Shown: positions 9,564 to 19,383, numbered from the stretch's first letter. The stretch: 64,000 bases of DNA from an uncultured virus (IMG/VR IMGVR_UViG_3300028840_004051) (IMGVR_UViG_3300028840_004051); one strand, 5' to 3'. Translations and numbers: made by a program. Notes: generated from the letters alone by a model not told the origin.

Positions 9564-12500
9564 ATGAAGAATAAAGACTTCTGCCACCTTCATGTCCACA
9601 ATGAATACAGCCTTCTTGACGGCTATGGAGACGCTAAGCAGTATATCTCAAGAGTAAAGGAGATGGGATTCAGATATATTGCCTTAACTAATCATGGCAA
9701 TATTGATGGTTGCTTAAAATGGCAAGATGAATGTGACAAACAAGGTATCCGCCCGGTGCTTGGCTCTGAACTCTATATCTGCCAGAATACCAAAGTAAAG
9801 AGCAAAGCGGTAGGGCATATCGTCATACTTGTGAAGAATGAACTCGGGTGGGTAGAGTTATGTAAGCTAATTACAAGGGCACATATTGAGGGGTATCATA
9901 AACGGCCGAGAGCAGACTATGAAATGATCCTTGGCTGTGATATGTCAGGATGGGTAGTAATGACTGCCTGTATAGGGTCTTTCCTTAACTTAGATGGAGG
10001 AGTGGAGTTAGCGAAAGAGATAAAAGATAGGACTGATTTATACTTTGAAATTATGCCACCAAATATGGCAAGCCAATTAAAATATCATGCGAAGTGGTCG
10101 GCGTTGGATTTTGTTGGTGAGTTGCCACTGGTAGCGACGGTTGATTGCCATTACCCCAATGCTGATGATGTTAATATACAAGATGTCCTCCTCGCCATTC
10201 AACGAAATAAAAAATGGAGTGACTCAGACCGTTGGTCATTTGACTTCCGAGAACTATATCTCCAGAGCGCAGCGGAGATCTATAATAGTTTTAGAGATAA
10301 TGGGCAGTTTACGATAGAAGAAATCAAGTCTGCGATGGCTAATACGATTAAGATTGCCCGCAAATGCTGCCAATTCAGAATAAAAAAGAAGACCCCTCAT
10401 CTCCCTATACCATTGAAGTACAAAAGCGACTATGACAAGCAACCAACCCAAGAATACGCTGACGCCTACATCAGCCAGACCCTTGATGATCTAATCAATG
10501 AGGGGCTTAGAGTAAGAGGATTTGACGATAATAAAACCTACATTGAAAGGGTTGATAGGGAGATTAAAACTATAGCATCGAAAGGATTTGAGCTATATTT
10601 CTTAGTTGTAAAGGATGTGGTTGATTGGTGTAAAGAAAACGATATAATGGTTGGTCCAGGCAGGGGGAGTGTTGGCGGTTGCTTGATAGCTTACTTATTA
10701 GGAATAACTGAAATTGATCCCATTAAATATAAGCTACCTTTCAGCCGTTTTATAAAAGAGGATCGAATTGATCTGCCTGATATCGATGTTGATTTCGAGA
10801 GGATGAAAAGACCAGAAGTTATTCAGTACCTCAGGGAGAAATACGGTAGGTATAATACAGCGAGTATATCAACCTTTGGCGTCCTACATGCAAGAGGTTG
10901 TATTAGAGAGATTGGCCGTGTGTTTGAGTTACCATATACTGACATTGATAAATTTGCAAAGTCAGTACCTTATATAGGCACAGATGAAGATACGATTCCA
11001 AACGCACTAAAGGATTCAAAGAGCGAGGCCTCACGCTTTCAATCTCTATACCCAAAAGAGACTGATGATATACTGAAGCTCTCCGGTCAGATAAAGAATA
11101 GAGGGCAACATGCAGCGGCAATAGTAGTATCAAATGATGATTTAAGAAATGGCGAAAGGTGTACTCTGCTTCTTAATAAAGATGGAGAGCCGATAATAAA
11201 CTGGGATATGAATGATGCCGAATTTAACGGTCTACTAAAGATTGATATCCTTGGCCTAAGTACTTTATCAATTCTCAATTATGCAAGAGAATTGATAAAT
11301 AAAAGTCAAGAAGATATTCCATCGTTTTGGTATCATCCAGAATCAGAATGTTATTTTGCAGATAGAGATGTTTTCTCTGAACGAGTATCTGAAGTTCAGC
11401 TTGATAATATTGATTTCAACTATGACAAAATCAATCTTGATGATAAAGATGTTTTCAATCTGATTAATAGTGGTAAGACCGCTGGCATATTCCAGATACA
11501 ATCATGGGCAACTACAAATCTCTGCCAGGATATAGAAATTGAATCATTTGAGGATATATGTGCTGCGGTAGCTCTCGTCCGCCCTGGCGCCACTAAAAGC
11601 GGAATGACTGAGAAATATATCGAAAGAAAGCATGGCAAGGAATGGGCTAAGAAGCACCCAATCTATGAAGAGTTAACAAAAGATACCTATGGTATTCTTG
11701 CTTATCAAGAACAGGTGATGCAGGTAATCAGCCGCATCGCTGGGCTCTCTGAAACCCACGCCGATAATATCCGAAAGATAATAGCTAAGAAACATGATAC
11801 TAATGCATTCAGTAAACATAAGAAAGATTTTATGGAGGGATGTAATAGAACAAAAAACTTCAATCGTGATGAGGCAGAGGAATTCTGGCGAGGGTTATTA
11901 GAATGGGGAGCCTATGGATTTAATAGAGCACATTCGGTTGCCTATGCGCTGATTGGTTACTGGACGGCATGGATTAAATACTATTACCCGAAACAGTTCT
12001 ACTGTGCCTCTCTAACATATGGTGATGATGACGATGATTATCATAAAAGCAAACAAAGGCTGATCGATGAAATACTACAAAGTGGATGGAAGATATTGCC
12101 GCCTAAAGTCTGCTTATCTGATGCCCTAAAGTGGACCTTTAATGGGGATACTTTCTATACTCCATTTACTGAATTAAAAGGGGTGGCTGAGGCAAATGCC
12201 ATTAAATGTGCAGACCGAAAGCAGAAGAAAGCCTGTCGAGGGCTATTTAATGTTAAGGTTGAGGTTCAGAATCAAACAAAACTCGATAAGACACTTAGCA
12301 GCATAAGGGCATGGGATGAAGAGGTGATCCCAGATGATATCGATGATTATTTGGAATTTAATATGCTTGATTCGGTTAAAGACACCTACACTAATCTTGT
12401 AAAGTTGCTTGGATATGATACGAACACTGGCTCCATAGAGGCTGCAAAGTCACTAACCATGAGACATAGGCTTAATTTCTTTCCTTATGAAATTATTAAA

Positions 12501-13052
12501 AGGAAACGATGGCATGTGAATGAAGTAGTAGAATGTGAGCTGTGTGATCTTGCTAACGAGTGCTTAAGCCCGATTGTTACATCAAAAGGAGTCTATAATG
12601 TCTTCATTAATGCCGAGGCGCCAGGAAGGGATGAGGATACAGAAAGAAAAAACCTTGTCGGCAGAGCAGGTCAATTACTATGGGATGAGATAGCAAGATA
12701 TGGTTATACAAGAAGGCATTTTCATATCTCAAACACTAATCGCTGCTATCCAAAGAAAACAAAGACTCCAACAAAAGAACAAGTTGATACCTGCTTCCCT
12801 TGGACCATAAGGGAGCTGAAAGAAACAGAATGTAGACTGGTTCTTGGGATAGGGAATAATACATTGTTTGCTATAACAGGAAGAGATAAGGGTATTATGA
12901 AGCTAAGTGGGGAGACGGAATGGATCGAGGAACTTGGTTTATGGGTCTGTTGGTGCATTCATCCCTCCGCTGTCCTCAGGCAGCAATCAAACCGTGAGTA
13001 TTTCGAGAAAGGTATAAAGAACTTTATTGAAAAGTTTGAATTATTGAGATGA
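9564..13052 (+). CDS. dnaE: DNA polymerase III alpha subunit with C-terminal uracil-DNA-glycosylase family 4-like domain
   Basis: PHP HLHVHNEYSLLDG, GPGRGS, PDIDVDF, KIDILGL, YGFNRAH; C-terminal EAPG...VGRAG...HPSAVLR. Confidence 0.93.
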   Translation: MKNKDFCHLHVHNEYSLLDGYGDAKQYISRVKEMGFRYIALTNHGNIDGCLKWQDECDKQGIRPVLGSELYICQNTKVKSKAVGHIVILVKNELGWVELCKLITRAHIEGYHKRPRADYEMILGCDMSGWVVMTACIGSFLNLDGGVELAKEIKDRTDLYFEIMPPNMASQLKYHAKWSALDFVGELPLVATVDCHYPNADDVNIQDVLLAIQRNKKWSDSDRWSFDFRELYLQSAAEIYNSFRDNGQFTIEEIKSAMANTIKIARKCCQFRIKKKTPHLPIPLKYKSDYDKQPTQEYADAYISQTLDDLINEGLRVRGFDDNKTYIERVDREIKTIASKGFELYFLVVKDVVDWCKENDIMVGPGRGSVGGCLIAYLLGITEIDPIKYKLPFSRFIKEDRIDLPDIDVDFERMKRPEVIQYLREKYGRYNTASISTFGVLHARGCIREIGRVFELPYTDIDKFAKSVPYIGTDEDTIPNALKDSKSEASRFQSLYPKETDDILKLSGQIKNRGQHAAAIVVSNDDLRNGERCTLLLNKDGEPIINWDMNDAEFNGLLKIDILGLSTLSILNYARELINKSQEDIPSFWYHPESECYFADRDVFSERVSEVQLDNIDFNYDKINLDDKDVFNLINSGKTAGIFQIQSWATTNLCQDIEIESFEDICAAVALVRPGATKSGMTEKYIERKHGKEWAKKHPIYEELTKDTYGILAYQEQVMQVISRIAGLSETHADNIRKIIAKKHDTNAFSKHKKDFMEGCNRTKNFNRDEAEEFWRGLLEWGAYGFNRAHSVAYALIGYWTAWIKYYYPKQFYCASLTYGDDDDDYHKSKQRLIDEILQSGWKILPPKVCLSDALKWTFNGDTFYTPFTELKGVAEANAIKCADRKQKKACRGLFNVKVEVQNQTKLDKTLSSIRAWDEEVIPDDIDDYLEFNMLDSVKDTYTNLVKLLGYDTNTGSIEAAKSLTMRHRLNFFPYEIIKRKRWHVNEVVECELCDLANECLSPIVTSKGVYNVFINAEAPGRDEDTERKNLVGRAGQLLWDEIARYGYTRRHFHISNTNRCYPKKTKTPTKEQVDTCFPWTIRELKETECRLVLGIGNNTLFAITGRDKGIMKLSGETEWIEELGLWVCWCIHPSAVLRQQSNREYFEKGIKNFIEKFELLR

Positions 13053-13219
13053 AAGAAATAGAATCGCCATTCACCCTTGAAATTAAATATCAGAAGATAT
13101 TGGATGAAAAAGATAAGACAATAATTCAGTTAAGATCAGAAATAGCTGAATATAGGAAAACGATAAAAGCTATAAAGGAGATCATCAGAGATGAAAAGAC
13201 AAAGAGGGCTGATAAATAA
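13049..13219 (+). CDS. small coiled-coil protein (56 aa, not in ORF track)
   Basis: ATGA-coupled to dnaE stop. Confidence 0.45.
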   Translation: MKEIESPFTLEIKYQKILDEKDKTIIQLRSEIAEYRKTIKAIKEIIRDEKTKRADK

Positions 13220-14225
13220 TAAAGAAGAGGTAAAAGAAGAAGAAGTAACTCAACAGATTGACAAACCAATTAAGAAACCTGAAATAAAATTACCTCTCCA
13301 TACCAAGCTCCGTCCTGCTAACTTTGATGATTTTCTTGGCAACACCACAACCATTAATAGTATTAAGTCAAAGCTCGCACAAGGCACCCTCCATCACTCG
13401 ATACTCCTGCAAGGCCCCAGCGGTTGTGGTAAGACGACGATAGCAAGAATACTGAAATCAGCATTGAATTGTTCTGATTTTGACTTTGTTGAAATCAATA
13501 TGGGTAATATTGGTGGAGTAGCTACGGCGAGAGAGATAATCCGTAATGTTAAACTTCGTCCTATGAAAGGACCTTGCCGTATATATCTCCTCGACGAGTG
13601 CCAGCAGAGTACCAAGGACTTCCAGAACGCCTTACTAAAACCACTTGAAGACACCCCCTCCTACGCCTACTTTATCCTCTGTACGACTGACCCTCAAAAA
13701 CTACTCCTTACAATCCGCAATCGTTGTGCAATATACGAGGTCAATAAACTAAGCGATTGTAATATGACCGAGCTTATTGAGATGACGATGAGTAGGGAAG
13801 GGAAAGAAATAAACGATGATGTAGTGACAGATATAATGATTGCAGCGGATGGTTGCCCAAGGCAAGCAATGGTTATACTGGATCAAATCATCGATCTTGA
13901 TCCAAGACGGCAGCGGCGTGCGATAAAGAATTTTATAGGCCAGGAGGCAGCTACCATCGAACTTTGCCAAGCACTTTTAAAAGGCGCCAATTGGGCAAAT
14001 GTACAACAGATCCTAAGGGATCTCAATGATGAACCAGAGAAAGTCCGCCGGGCCGTAATAGGCTATATGACGGCGGTGGCAGTTAATGAGCAGAGAGATA
14101 TGAAGAAGATAGCAAGGGCGAAGACTGTATATAATAATTTTAAAGATGCTTTCTATGATACAGGCAAAGCAGGGTTGGTATTCTCCTGCTGGTCCGCTGT
14201 GAAAGAGAATGATATTCCATTTTAG
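13191..14225 (+). CDS. dnaX: clamp-loader AAA+ subunit (DnaX gamma/tau-like)
   Basis: KLRP, GPSGCGKTT, LLDECQ, NALLKPLE, TIRNRC. Confidence 0.88.
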   Translation: MKRQRGLINNKEEVKEEEVTQQIDKPIKKPEIKLPLHTKLRPANFDDFLGNTTTINSIKSKLAQGTLHHSILLQGPSGCGKTTIARILKSALNCSDFDFVEINMGNIGGVATAREIIRNVKLRPMKGPCRIYLLDECQQSTKDFQNALLKPLEDTPSYAYFILCTTDPQKLLLTIRNRCAIYEVNKLSDCNMTELIEMTMSREGKEINDDVVTDIMIAADGCPRQAMVILDQIIDLDPRRQRRAIKNFIGQEAATIELCQALLKGANWANVQQILRDLNDEPEKVRRAVIGYMTAVAVNEQRDMKKIARAKTVYNNFKDAFYDTGKAGLVFSCWSAVKENDIPF

Positions 14226-14231
14226 TGACTT

Positions 14232-14264
14232 AATAAAAAATCTTTATATTTCCTTATAATATAT
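14232..14264 (+). promoter_or_regulatory. putative phage promoter
   Basis: AATAAAAAATC...CTTATAATATAT followed by AAGGAG RBS. Confidence 0.55.
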
Positions 14265-14282
14265 AAAGGAAGGAGTAAATAA

Positions 14283-14789
14283 ATGACTGAATTTAATTAT
14301 GATGAAGATACCGCCATTGACCCTGATCAATTATTGGAAGAGTGGTTAGGATTACCGGCATCATTTTATGACTACTCAGCAGCTCTATCAGAGAAAGAAA
14401 AAGAGGTTAAGCAGTGCTGGGAGATGCTGAAAACAATTAGGTCTGAGCTTATACTAAAGGCTAAGACTGAAGAAGGTCTTAATAATCCTAAAGCAACCGC
14501 TGGGGAGGTGGAGGCCTACTACCGAACCCAACCAGAGTATATAAAAGCAAAGGATGACTTCATTAACATTGAATATGAAAGGGATATGATTCAGAACGCA
14601 GTCAATGCCTTTTATAGAAAAGAGAAGGCATTGGGGGCGATCACTAACCTACATAAAATGGAATGGTGGAGAGGGCCGAAAGAACCACTTGAACTCCCAT
14701 CTGGTAAAAGAATTAAAAATCGTTTAAAGAAACCAAAATCTTCCGTCGAAGGCCGTAGGGAGATGAACAAAAGAAGAAGAAGGAGATAG
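14283..14789 (+). CDS. helical protein, possibly UvsY-like recombination mediator
   Basis: 168-aa coiled coil upstream of SSB and recA; call is by context. Confidence 0.45.
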   Translation: MTEFNYDEDTAIDPDQLLEEWLGLPASFYDYSAALSEKEKEVKQCWEMLKTIRSELILKAKTEEGLNNPKATAGEVEAYYRTQPEYIKAKDDFINIEYERDMIQNAVNAFYRKEKALGAITNLHKMEWWRGPKEPLELPSGKRIKNRLKKPKSSVEGRREMNKRRRRR

Positions 14790-14790
14790 T

Positions 14791-16023
14791 ATGGACCCAA
14801 GAGAGAAAATGAAACAAAGAAGCCGTAGGGCAAGAGAAAATCGTGATAAACGATTTGGCGGCAAAGCAAAGTACAGCGTCCTTGATCTTGATGCTATGTG
14901 CAGGGATTTCGGTTGGGATGAAGTTCCCTGGTATCAAGTAACTGCTGGTGCCACAAAGAATGAAATTGATATCATCATGTTCATCATCACCCAGGAATGG
15001 TATGCGAAATTGAGAGCATACGATGGCACCCCAACTGGCCTTAATCCTGGCGATTGGGATTATAAATTTGAAATCCCTGTCCATCAGAGATGGGGAGGTA
15101 ATAACTCAATCCCTCTTTTCTGCCGTAATGAGGGCATAGGAGGGAGGTGCCCAATCTGTGAAGATCGGCAGGCGGAATGGGATAAAGGCAAAGGTAAATC
15201 CGATAAAGCTGTGTTGCAAGCGCTTGGGGCAAGTTGGCGATGCTTTTATAACACCTATGATTATACCAATGAAAAGTATCGGCCTTGGGAAGTCGCCTAC
15301 AAGAGCTTCGAGGAGATGATGCAGGAGGAGCTTGATATCATCGAAAAAGAAACAGGAGAAGACCTGATACCCTGGGATCTCTCAGATGGCAGGACAATCG
15401 AATTTAAAGGGAGAGTCAAACAGATTGGCGAAACTGAATATAATGAACCTCAGATTCCCGCCTTCTTACCCCGTGATCCATATGAGGAGGAAATCCTCAA
15501 GGATATGATTTCATTTGATAAGTATCTCAAAATTCCGTCATATGAAGAAGTTTGCAGAATCTACTACGGTGTTGACGATGAACCAATCGAGGTCAGTGAA
15601 CAGAAAGAAGAAGAAAGTCAGCCTGCTGATACCGAAACCAGAACGAGAAGAAGACCGACAAGGGAACGATCATCAGAACCCGAAACTGATACCCGCCGCA
15701 GAGGCAGACGATCTGCTGATACTGGTACAAAGGTAGCGGCAGAAACAGATCAAGCTCCAGATGATAGCCGCTGTTCATTTGGTCATAACTTTGGCCATGA
15801 CTGCAATAAGAAACCTGAATGTTCAGATGAATGCCCTGAGGATCAATTTGATGCCTGTATTGACGAGCAGGATAGGATCTTGAAAGGAGAAGCAGAACCT
15901 GAAGAAGAAACCAGAAGTCCAAGGGAACGGCAGCGAGCAAGAGGCGGCGACGAACAGCCAAAAACACGGGAGAGGAAAGCTGATCAAAAAAGTGATACAA
16001 CCCGCCGCCGCCGTAAGAGATAA
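14791..16023 (+). CDS. single-stranded DNA-binding protein (gp32-like) with long charged tail
   Basis: H...C...CPIC zinc motif, DLSDGRTIEF, acidic/Arg-rich C-terminus. Confidence 0.6.
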   Translation: MDPREKMKQRSRRARENRDKRFGGKAKYSVLDLDAMCRDFGWDEVPWYQVTAGATKNEIDIIMFIITQEWYAKLRAYDGTPTGLNPGDWDYKFEIPVHQRWGGNNSIPLFCRNEGIGGRCPICEDRQAEWDKGKGKSDKAVLQALGASWRCFYNTYDYTNEKYRPWEVAYKSFEEMMQEELDIIEKETGEDLIPWDLSDGRTIEFKGRVKQIGETEYNEPQIPAFLPRDPYEEEILKDMISFDKYLKIPSYEEVCRIYYGVDDEPIEVSEQKEEESQPADTETRTRRRPTRERSSEPETDTRRRGRRSADTGTKVAAETDQAPDDSRCSFGHNFGHDCNKKPECSDECPEDQFDACIDEQDRILKGEAEPEEETRSPRERQRARGGDEQPKTRERKADQKSDTTRRRRKR

Positions 16024-16026
16024 GCG

Positions 16027-16293
16027 ATGCAGAATCCAAACCTAATACATACAAAGGAAGCAATGGAGATTGTCGAACAGCTATTTCGACCTATCACGCT
16101 CCCAACCATCATAAAATGGTGCCGTCAGTACCATATAGGGCTTAAGATTGGTGGGAGGTGGTATGTCGATAAAGAACTGCTAACGACACTCCTGACAAAA
16201 GGAAATCAGAAATGGCGCAACGTAGGCGACGTAGGACGACCGAGCAAGTCTCAATTGCCGATCAGTTCAAACAAACCTCAGAAAAAAGAATAA
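16027..16293 (+). CDS. excisionase/MerR-like HTH protein
   Basis: TKEAME...TIIKWC...KIGGRWYV. Confidence 0.7.
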   Translation: MQNPNLIHTKEAMEIVEQLFRPITLPTIIKWCRQYHIGLKIGGRWYVDKELLTTLLTKGNQKWRNVGDVGRPSKSQLPISSNKPQKKE

Positions 16294-17360
16294 TCGAACC
16301 GAGGAAGATTGACCCTGATAAGCTGATCCCCTCTGGATTGACATTGCTTAATTGTCATTGTTCTGGAACTCCCACAGGGGCTTATGGGTTGGGTAAAATC
16401 ACCACTGTCCCTGGTGGGAGTAGTTCGGGAAAAACAATATTCTTGCTGACAACCTTTGCCGAATCCAATCTCCTTAGCCGTCTTGATGGCTATGACTTCA
16501 TTTATGATGATGTTGAGGAGGCTCTTGAATTCGATCTCTCTTATCTATTTGGACCAGATACGGCAAGCAGAATAAAAGCCCCTAATTATGATGGCAACGA
16601 ACCAGTTTATTCTGATACGATTCAAGACCTTGAATCAAATATATTAAGAAGGTGTAAGGATAAATCCTGCAAACCATTTTTATACGTCTGTGATAGCCTT
16701 GATGCACTAACATCAGAGGAAGAACTGGAAAGGGAATATAAGAATGCCCTAAAAAGAATTGTCTCAGATGAGCATCTTGAGGCGGTTAAACAGAGTTATC
16801 AAACGGAGAAGGCAAAAATAATTGGCCGCACCCTCCGTATGATTAAAAGAGAGCTGAAGAAAACAAACTCATCACTTATCTTGATTCAGCAGATAAGAGA
16901 TAAGATAGGGGTAGCATACGGAAAGAAAACGACCACAAGTGGAGGTCGAGCGCCTTTCTTCTATAGCTCTCACCAGATATGGTTATCCAAGATTAAGCCA
17001 ATTAAGAACAAGGATATAAAAATCGGTACACAGGTTCATGTAGAGATAACAAAGAATAAGCTAAATGGGAAAGAAAGAGAAATCGATTATGCCAATATTT
17101 ATTATGATTACGGAATAGATGATATTGAAAGCTGCGTAAGGTTTCTCTGTGAGGAATGGTGGCCGAATGCAAAAGACGAAAAAGGAAAGATCAAAAAGGG
17201 TACTTGGTATGCGGTAGAGTTAGGCTGGGAAGGCAGTAGAGCTTCCCTTATTGATAAAATCGAAAGCGAAGATGCCATAAAAGAAGTCAGAGAATTGGTT
17301 GGAAAAGCATGGCATCAAAAAGAAGAATCTGTAAGGCTGAATAGAAAGAGAAGATTTTAA
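16212..17360 (+). CDS. recA: RecA-family recombinase
   Basis: GGSSSGKT, DSLDAL, IQQIRDKIG, TSGGRAPFFYSS, KNK. Confidence 0.88.
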   Translation: MAQRRRRRTTEQVSIADQFKQTSEKRIIEPRKIDPDKLIPSGLTLLNCHCSGTPTGAYGLGKITTVPGGSSSGKTIFLLTTFAESNLLSRLDGYDFIYDDVEEALEFDLSYLFGPDTASRIKAPNYDGNEPVYSDTIQDLESNILRRCKDKSCKPFLYVCDSLDALTSEEELEREYKNALKRIVSDEHLEAVKQSYQTEKAKIIGRTLRMIKRELKKTNSSLILIQQIRDKIGVAYGKKTTTSGGRAPFFYSSHQIWLSKIKPIKNKDIKIGTQVHVEITKNKLNGKEREIDYANIYYDYGIDDIESCVRFLCEEWWPNAKDEKGKIKKGTWYAVELGWEGSRASLIDKIESEDAIKEVRELVGKAWHQKEESVRLNRKRRF

Positions 17361-17362
17361 GT

Positions 17363-17440
17363 TAATACTAAGGTATTACTTAGATAGAGATCGTTTAATC
17401 TCAGCTAAATGAGAGCTGTTAAAATTAAAATTTAAAGGTT
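17363..17440 (+). repeat. dispersed structured intergenic repeat, copy 1
   Basis: 75/78 identical to reverse complement of 40766-40843. Confidence 0.9.
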
Positions 17441-17448
17441 GTTAAAGG

Positions 17449-17973
17449 ATGAAACGAACAAGAAAGGCAGGGTTATTTAATGGATCAAAAAAACAGGAAT
17501 CACATCATCGTTATATCGGAATCGACCCGGGACAATCAGGAGCGATTGCTGTCATTGATGACCATCTTAATATTCATACTCTTAAAGATTGGTCAAATGA
17601 TATCCTTATAGCAGAGGCGATGAGGAAGATTAATAGAGAAACAATTAGTAAAGGACTCATTATTAACGCTGCCCTCGAATATGCCCATGCGATGCCAAAG
17701 CAGGGAGTATCAAGCATGTTTAAATTTGGCACCAATTACGGCATTTGGATCGGGATGCTCGCTATCCTACAAATAAGCTTTACAGTCGTCACTCCTCAGA
17801 AGTGGCAAAAGGGTGTTATCAAAAAAGCAGAGACAAAGGAGCCTGCTATTGTAGCAGCCCAAAGATTATTTCCATCTGCCGAGCTCTACGGGCCAAAGGG
17901 TGGCAAAAAGGATGGCAGAGCTGATGCTTTATTAATAGCTTATTGGTGCAAGAGGAATTTTTCAAATGAGTAA
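17449..17973 (+). CDS. RuvC-like Holliday junction resolvase
   Basis: IGIDPG, ALE, FGTNYG, TPQKWQK, DGRADALLIA. Confidence 0.85.
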   Translation: MKRTRKAGLFNGSKKQESHHRYIGIDPGQSGAIAVIDDHLNIHTLKDWSNDILIAEAMRKINRETISKGLIINAALEYAHAMPKQGVSSMFKFGTNYGIWIGMLAILQISFTVVTPQKWQKGVIKKAETKEPAIVAAQRLFPSAELYGPKGGKKDGRADALLIAYWCKRNFSNE

Positions 17974-18217
17974 TGAAGACAATAAACAAGATCGAGTATT
18001 CAGACCATCCCATTATGCACAATGGAAGATAGAACCATTCACTTTTCTTATGCTTAATGAAGTCCCATTCGCAGAGGGTTGTATTTTAAAGTACATCATG
18101 CGTTGGAGAAAAAAGAATGGAATAGAAGATCTTCAGAAAGCAAAGCGCATCATCGATATGATGATTGAGATGGAAGAAAATAGAGATGATTATATCGCGA
18201 AGAAAACCTGCCTGTAA
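17966..18217 (+). CDS. DUF3310-like protein
   Basis: PSHY...GCILKYIMRWRKKNGIEDLQKA. Confidence 0.8.
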   Translation: MSNEDNKQDRVFRPSHYAQWKIEPFTFLMLNEVPFAEGCILKYIMRWRKKNGIEDLQKAKRIIDMMIEMEENRDDYIAKKTCL

Positions 18218-18238
18218 CGAATATTTGGAGCTATTTAA

Positions 18239-18586
18239 TTGAAAATATATCTTGCAATACCCTATACAGGACAAGAATCGGAATCATTTGAATATGTAAA
18301 TAAAATTGCTTGTAAGCTTATGAATCAAGGCTATATCGTTTTCAGCCCGATTTCTCATACTCATCCAATAGCATGTTGTGGCAACTTACCAAAAGATTGG
18401 GAATTTTGGAAAAAACAAGATGAATGCTTTATTGAATGGTGTGATCAATTATGGGTATGTGATTTTGGTGATTGGCAAACATCAAAAGGCGTTCGTGCTG
18501 AGATTGAGATAGCAAAAAGTCTAAAAAAGCCAGTAATTCATATTAAATCGATCAAGAAAAAATTTAAGATCTATGAAAAAAAGTAA
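18239..18586 (+). CDS. DUF1937/nucleoside 2-deoxyribosyltransferase-like protein
   Basis: IYLAIPY, FSPISHTH, SKGVRAEIEIA. Confidence 0.75.
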   Translation: MKIYLAIPYTGQESESFEYVNKIACKLMNQGYIVFSPISHTHPIACCGNLPKDWEFWKKQDECFIEWCDQLWVCDFGDWQTSKGVRAEIEIAKSLKKPVIHIKSIKKKFKIYEKK

Positions 18587-18929
18587 ATGCAATAACTTTT
18601 CTAAATGTGGTAATTATCAGTCATATACAGCATTAGGTCTATGCCCTAAATGTTATCGAGATAAAAAAGGATATGCTACAAAAGCATATCAGATAGCAAG
18701 AAGAATCAATAAAGAAGCAAGAATAAGAAAGGCAATGGAGAAAGAAAATATGAGTGAAGAAGAAATTGTAATGCCTTGGGGACAGCATAAGGGGCGGCGT
18801 TTGCATACTCTCTCCAGCCATTATCTAAAGTGGTTGGCTGAGAATTGTGAATGGGATGATAAAATAATGCTTGCTGCTGATGAAGAGTATCAGTGGAGAG
18901 AACGTAATAATGAACATAAGGATGATTAA
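18573..18929 (+). CDS. zinc-finger + DUF3820-like protein
   Basis: CxxC pairs; MPWGQHKG...YLKWL. Confidence 0.6.
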   Translation: MKKSKCNNFSKCGNYQSYTALGLCPKCYRDKKGYATKAYQIARRINKEARIRKAMEKENMSEEEIVMPWGQHKGRRLHTLSSHYLKWLAENCEWDDKIMLAADEEYQWRERNNEHKDD

Positions 18930-18948
18930 TAGATGATTTAAAGTATAT

Positions 18949-19140
18949 ATGCTTAGGAACTATACTATGAAAGTTATAATGACTAAAAAGATAAAAATAG
19001 AACTCGACGAGTGGGAAGCACTGTGGTTGAAGGACATGACGAGGTCACCCCCTCATTGCGATAAATGTGGAAAAGAGTCTACAGATGATAAATGCGTACG
19101 GGAAAGTTTATACCAAGCCCTAGAGGATGCAGGTGTGTAG
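18949..19140 (+). CDS. hypothetical protein
   Basis: 63-aa ORF in co-oriented run. Confidence 0.5.
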   Translation: MLRNYTMKVIMTKKIKIELDEWEALWLKDMTRSPPHCDKCGKESTDDKCVRESLYQALEDAGV

Positions 19141-19158
19141 AGATGGAAGGAAACAAAG

Positions 19159-19335
19159 ATGAGAAAGAGATGTACAAAAGAGAATCCAAGCGATCACGAG
19201 CCTTGGAAATGGTATCATCCGGATGCGGTTTTTACTGGAAATTGTTTTGATGGTTATTACGTTTGGGAGGATAGTTGGGAAGAGTTTGAATGTCCACACT
19301 GTAAGGAGATTTTTAAAGAAACCATATCGAAATAA
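19159..19335 (+). CDS. small zinc-binding protein (58 aa, not in ORF track)
   Basis: MRKRCTKENP...WYHPDA...ECPHCKE; GGAAGG RBS. Confidence 0.55.
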   Translation: MRKRCTKENPSDHEPWKWYHPDAVFTGNCFDGYYVWEDSWEEFECPHCKEIFKETISK

Positions 19336-19343
19336 TAAGTAAA

Positions 19344-19376
19344 TGCCGTGCAGGTTCAAATCCTGCCCTGTGCCGC
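19344..19376 (+). other. tRNA 3'-half-like fragment (T-arm + acceptor strand)
   Basis: GCAGG-TTCAAAT-CCTGC T-arm followed by CCTGTGC; no convincing 5' half. Confidence 0.4.
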
Positions 19377-19383
19377 TTAAAAA

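Noticed and set aside
9564..13052. Intein in DnaE
   Set aside because: No splice-junction or LAGLIDADG motifs seen; extra length is the UDG-like domain and a short insert
18239..18586. Member of the MKIYxAG micro-ORF family
   Set aside because: MKIYLAIPY start continues into a DUF1937-like fold and lacks the LSYY motif
19127..19376. Complete or interrupted tRNA using ATGCAGG near 19127 as 5' acceptor strand
   Set aside because: Pairing needs a mismatch and two wobbles, lies in coding sequence, and no anticodon arm is evident
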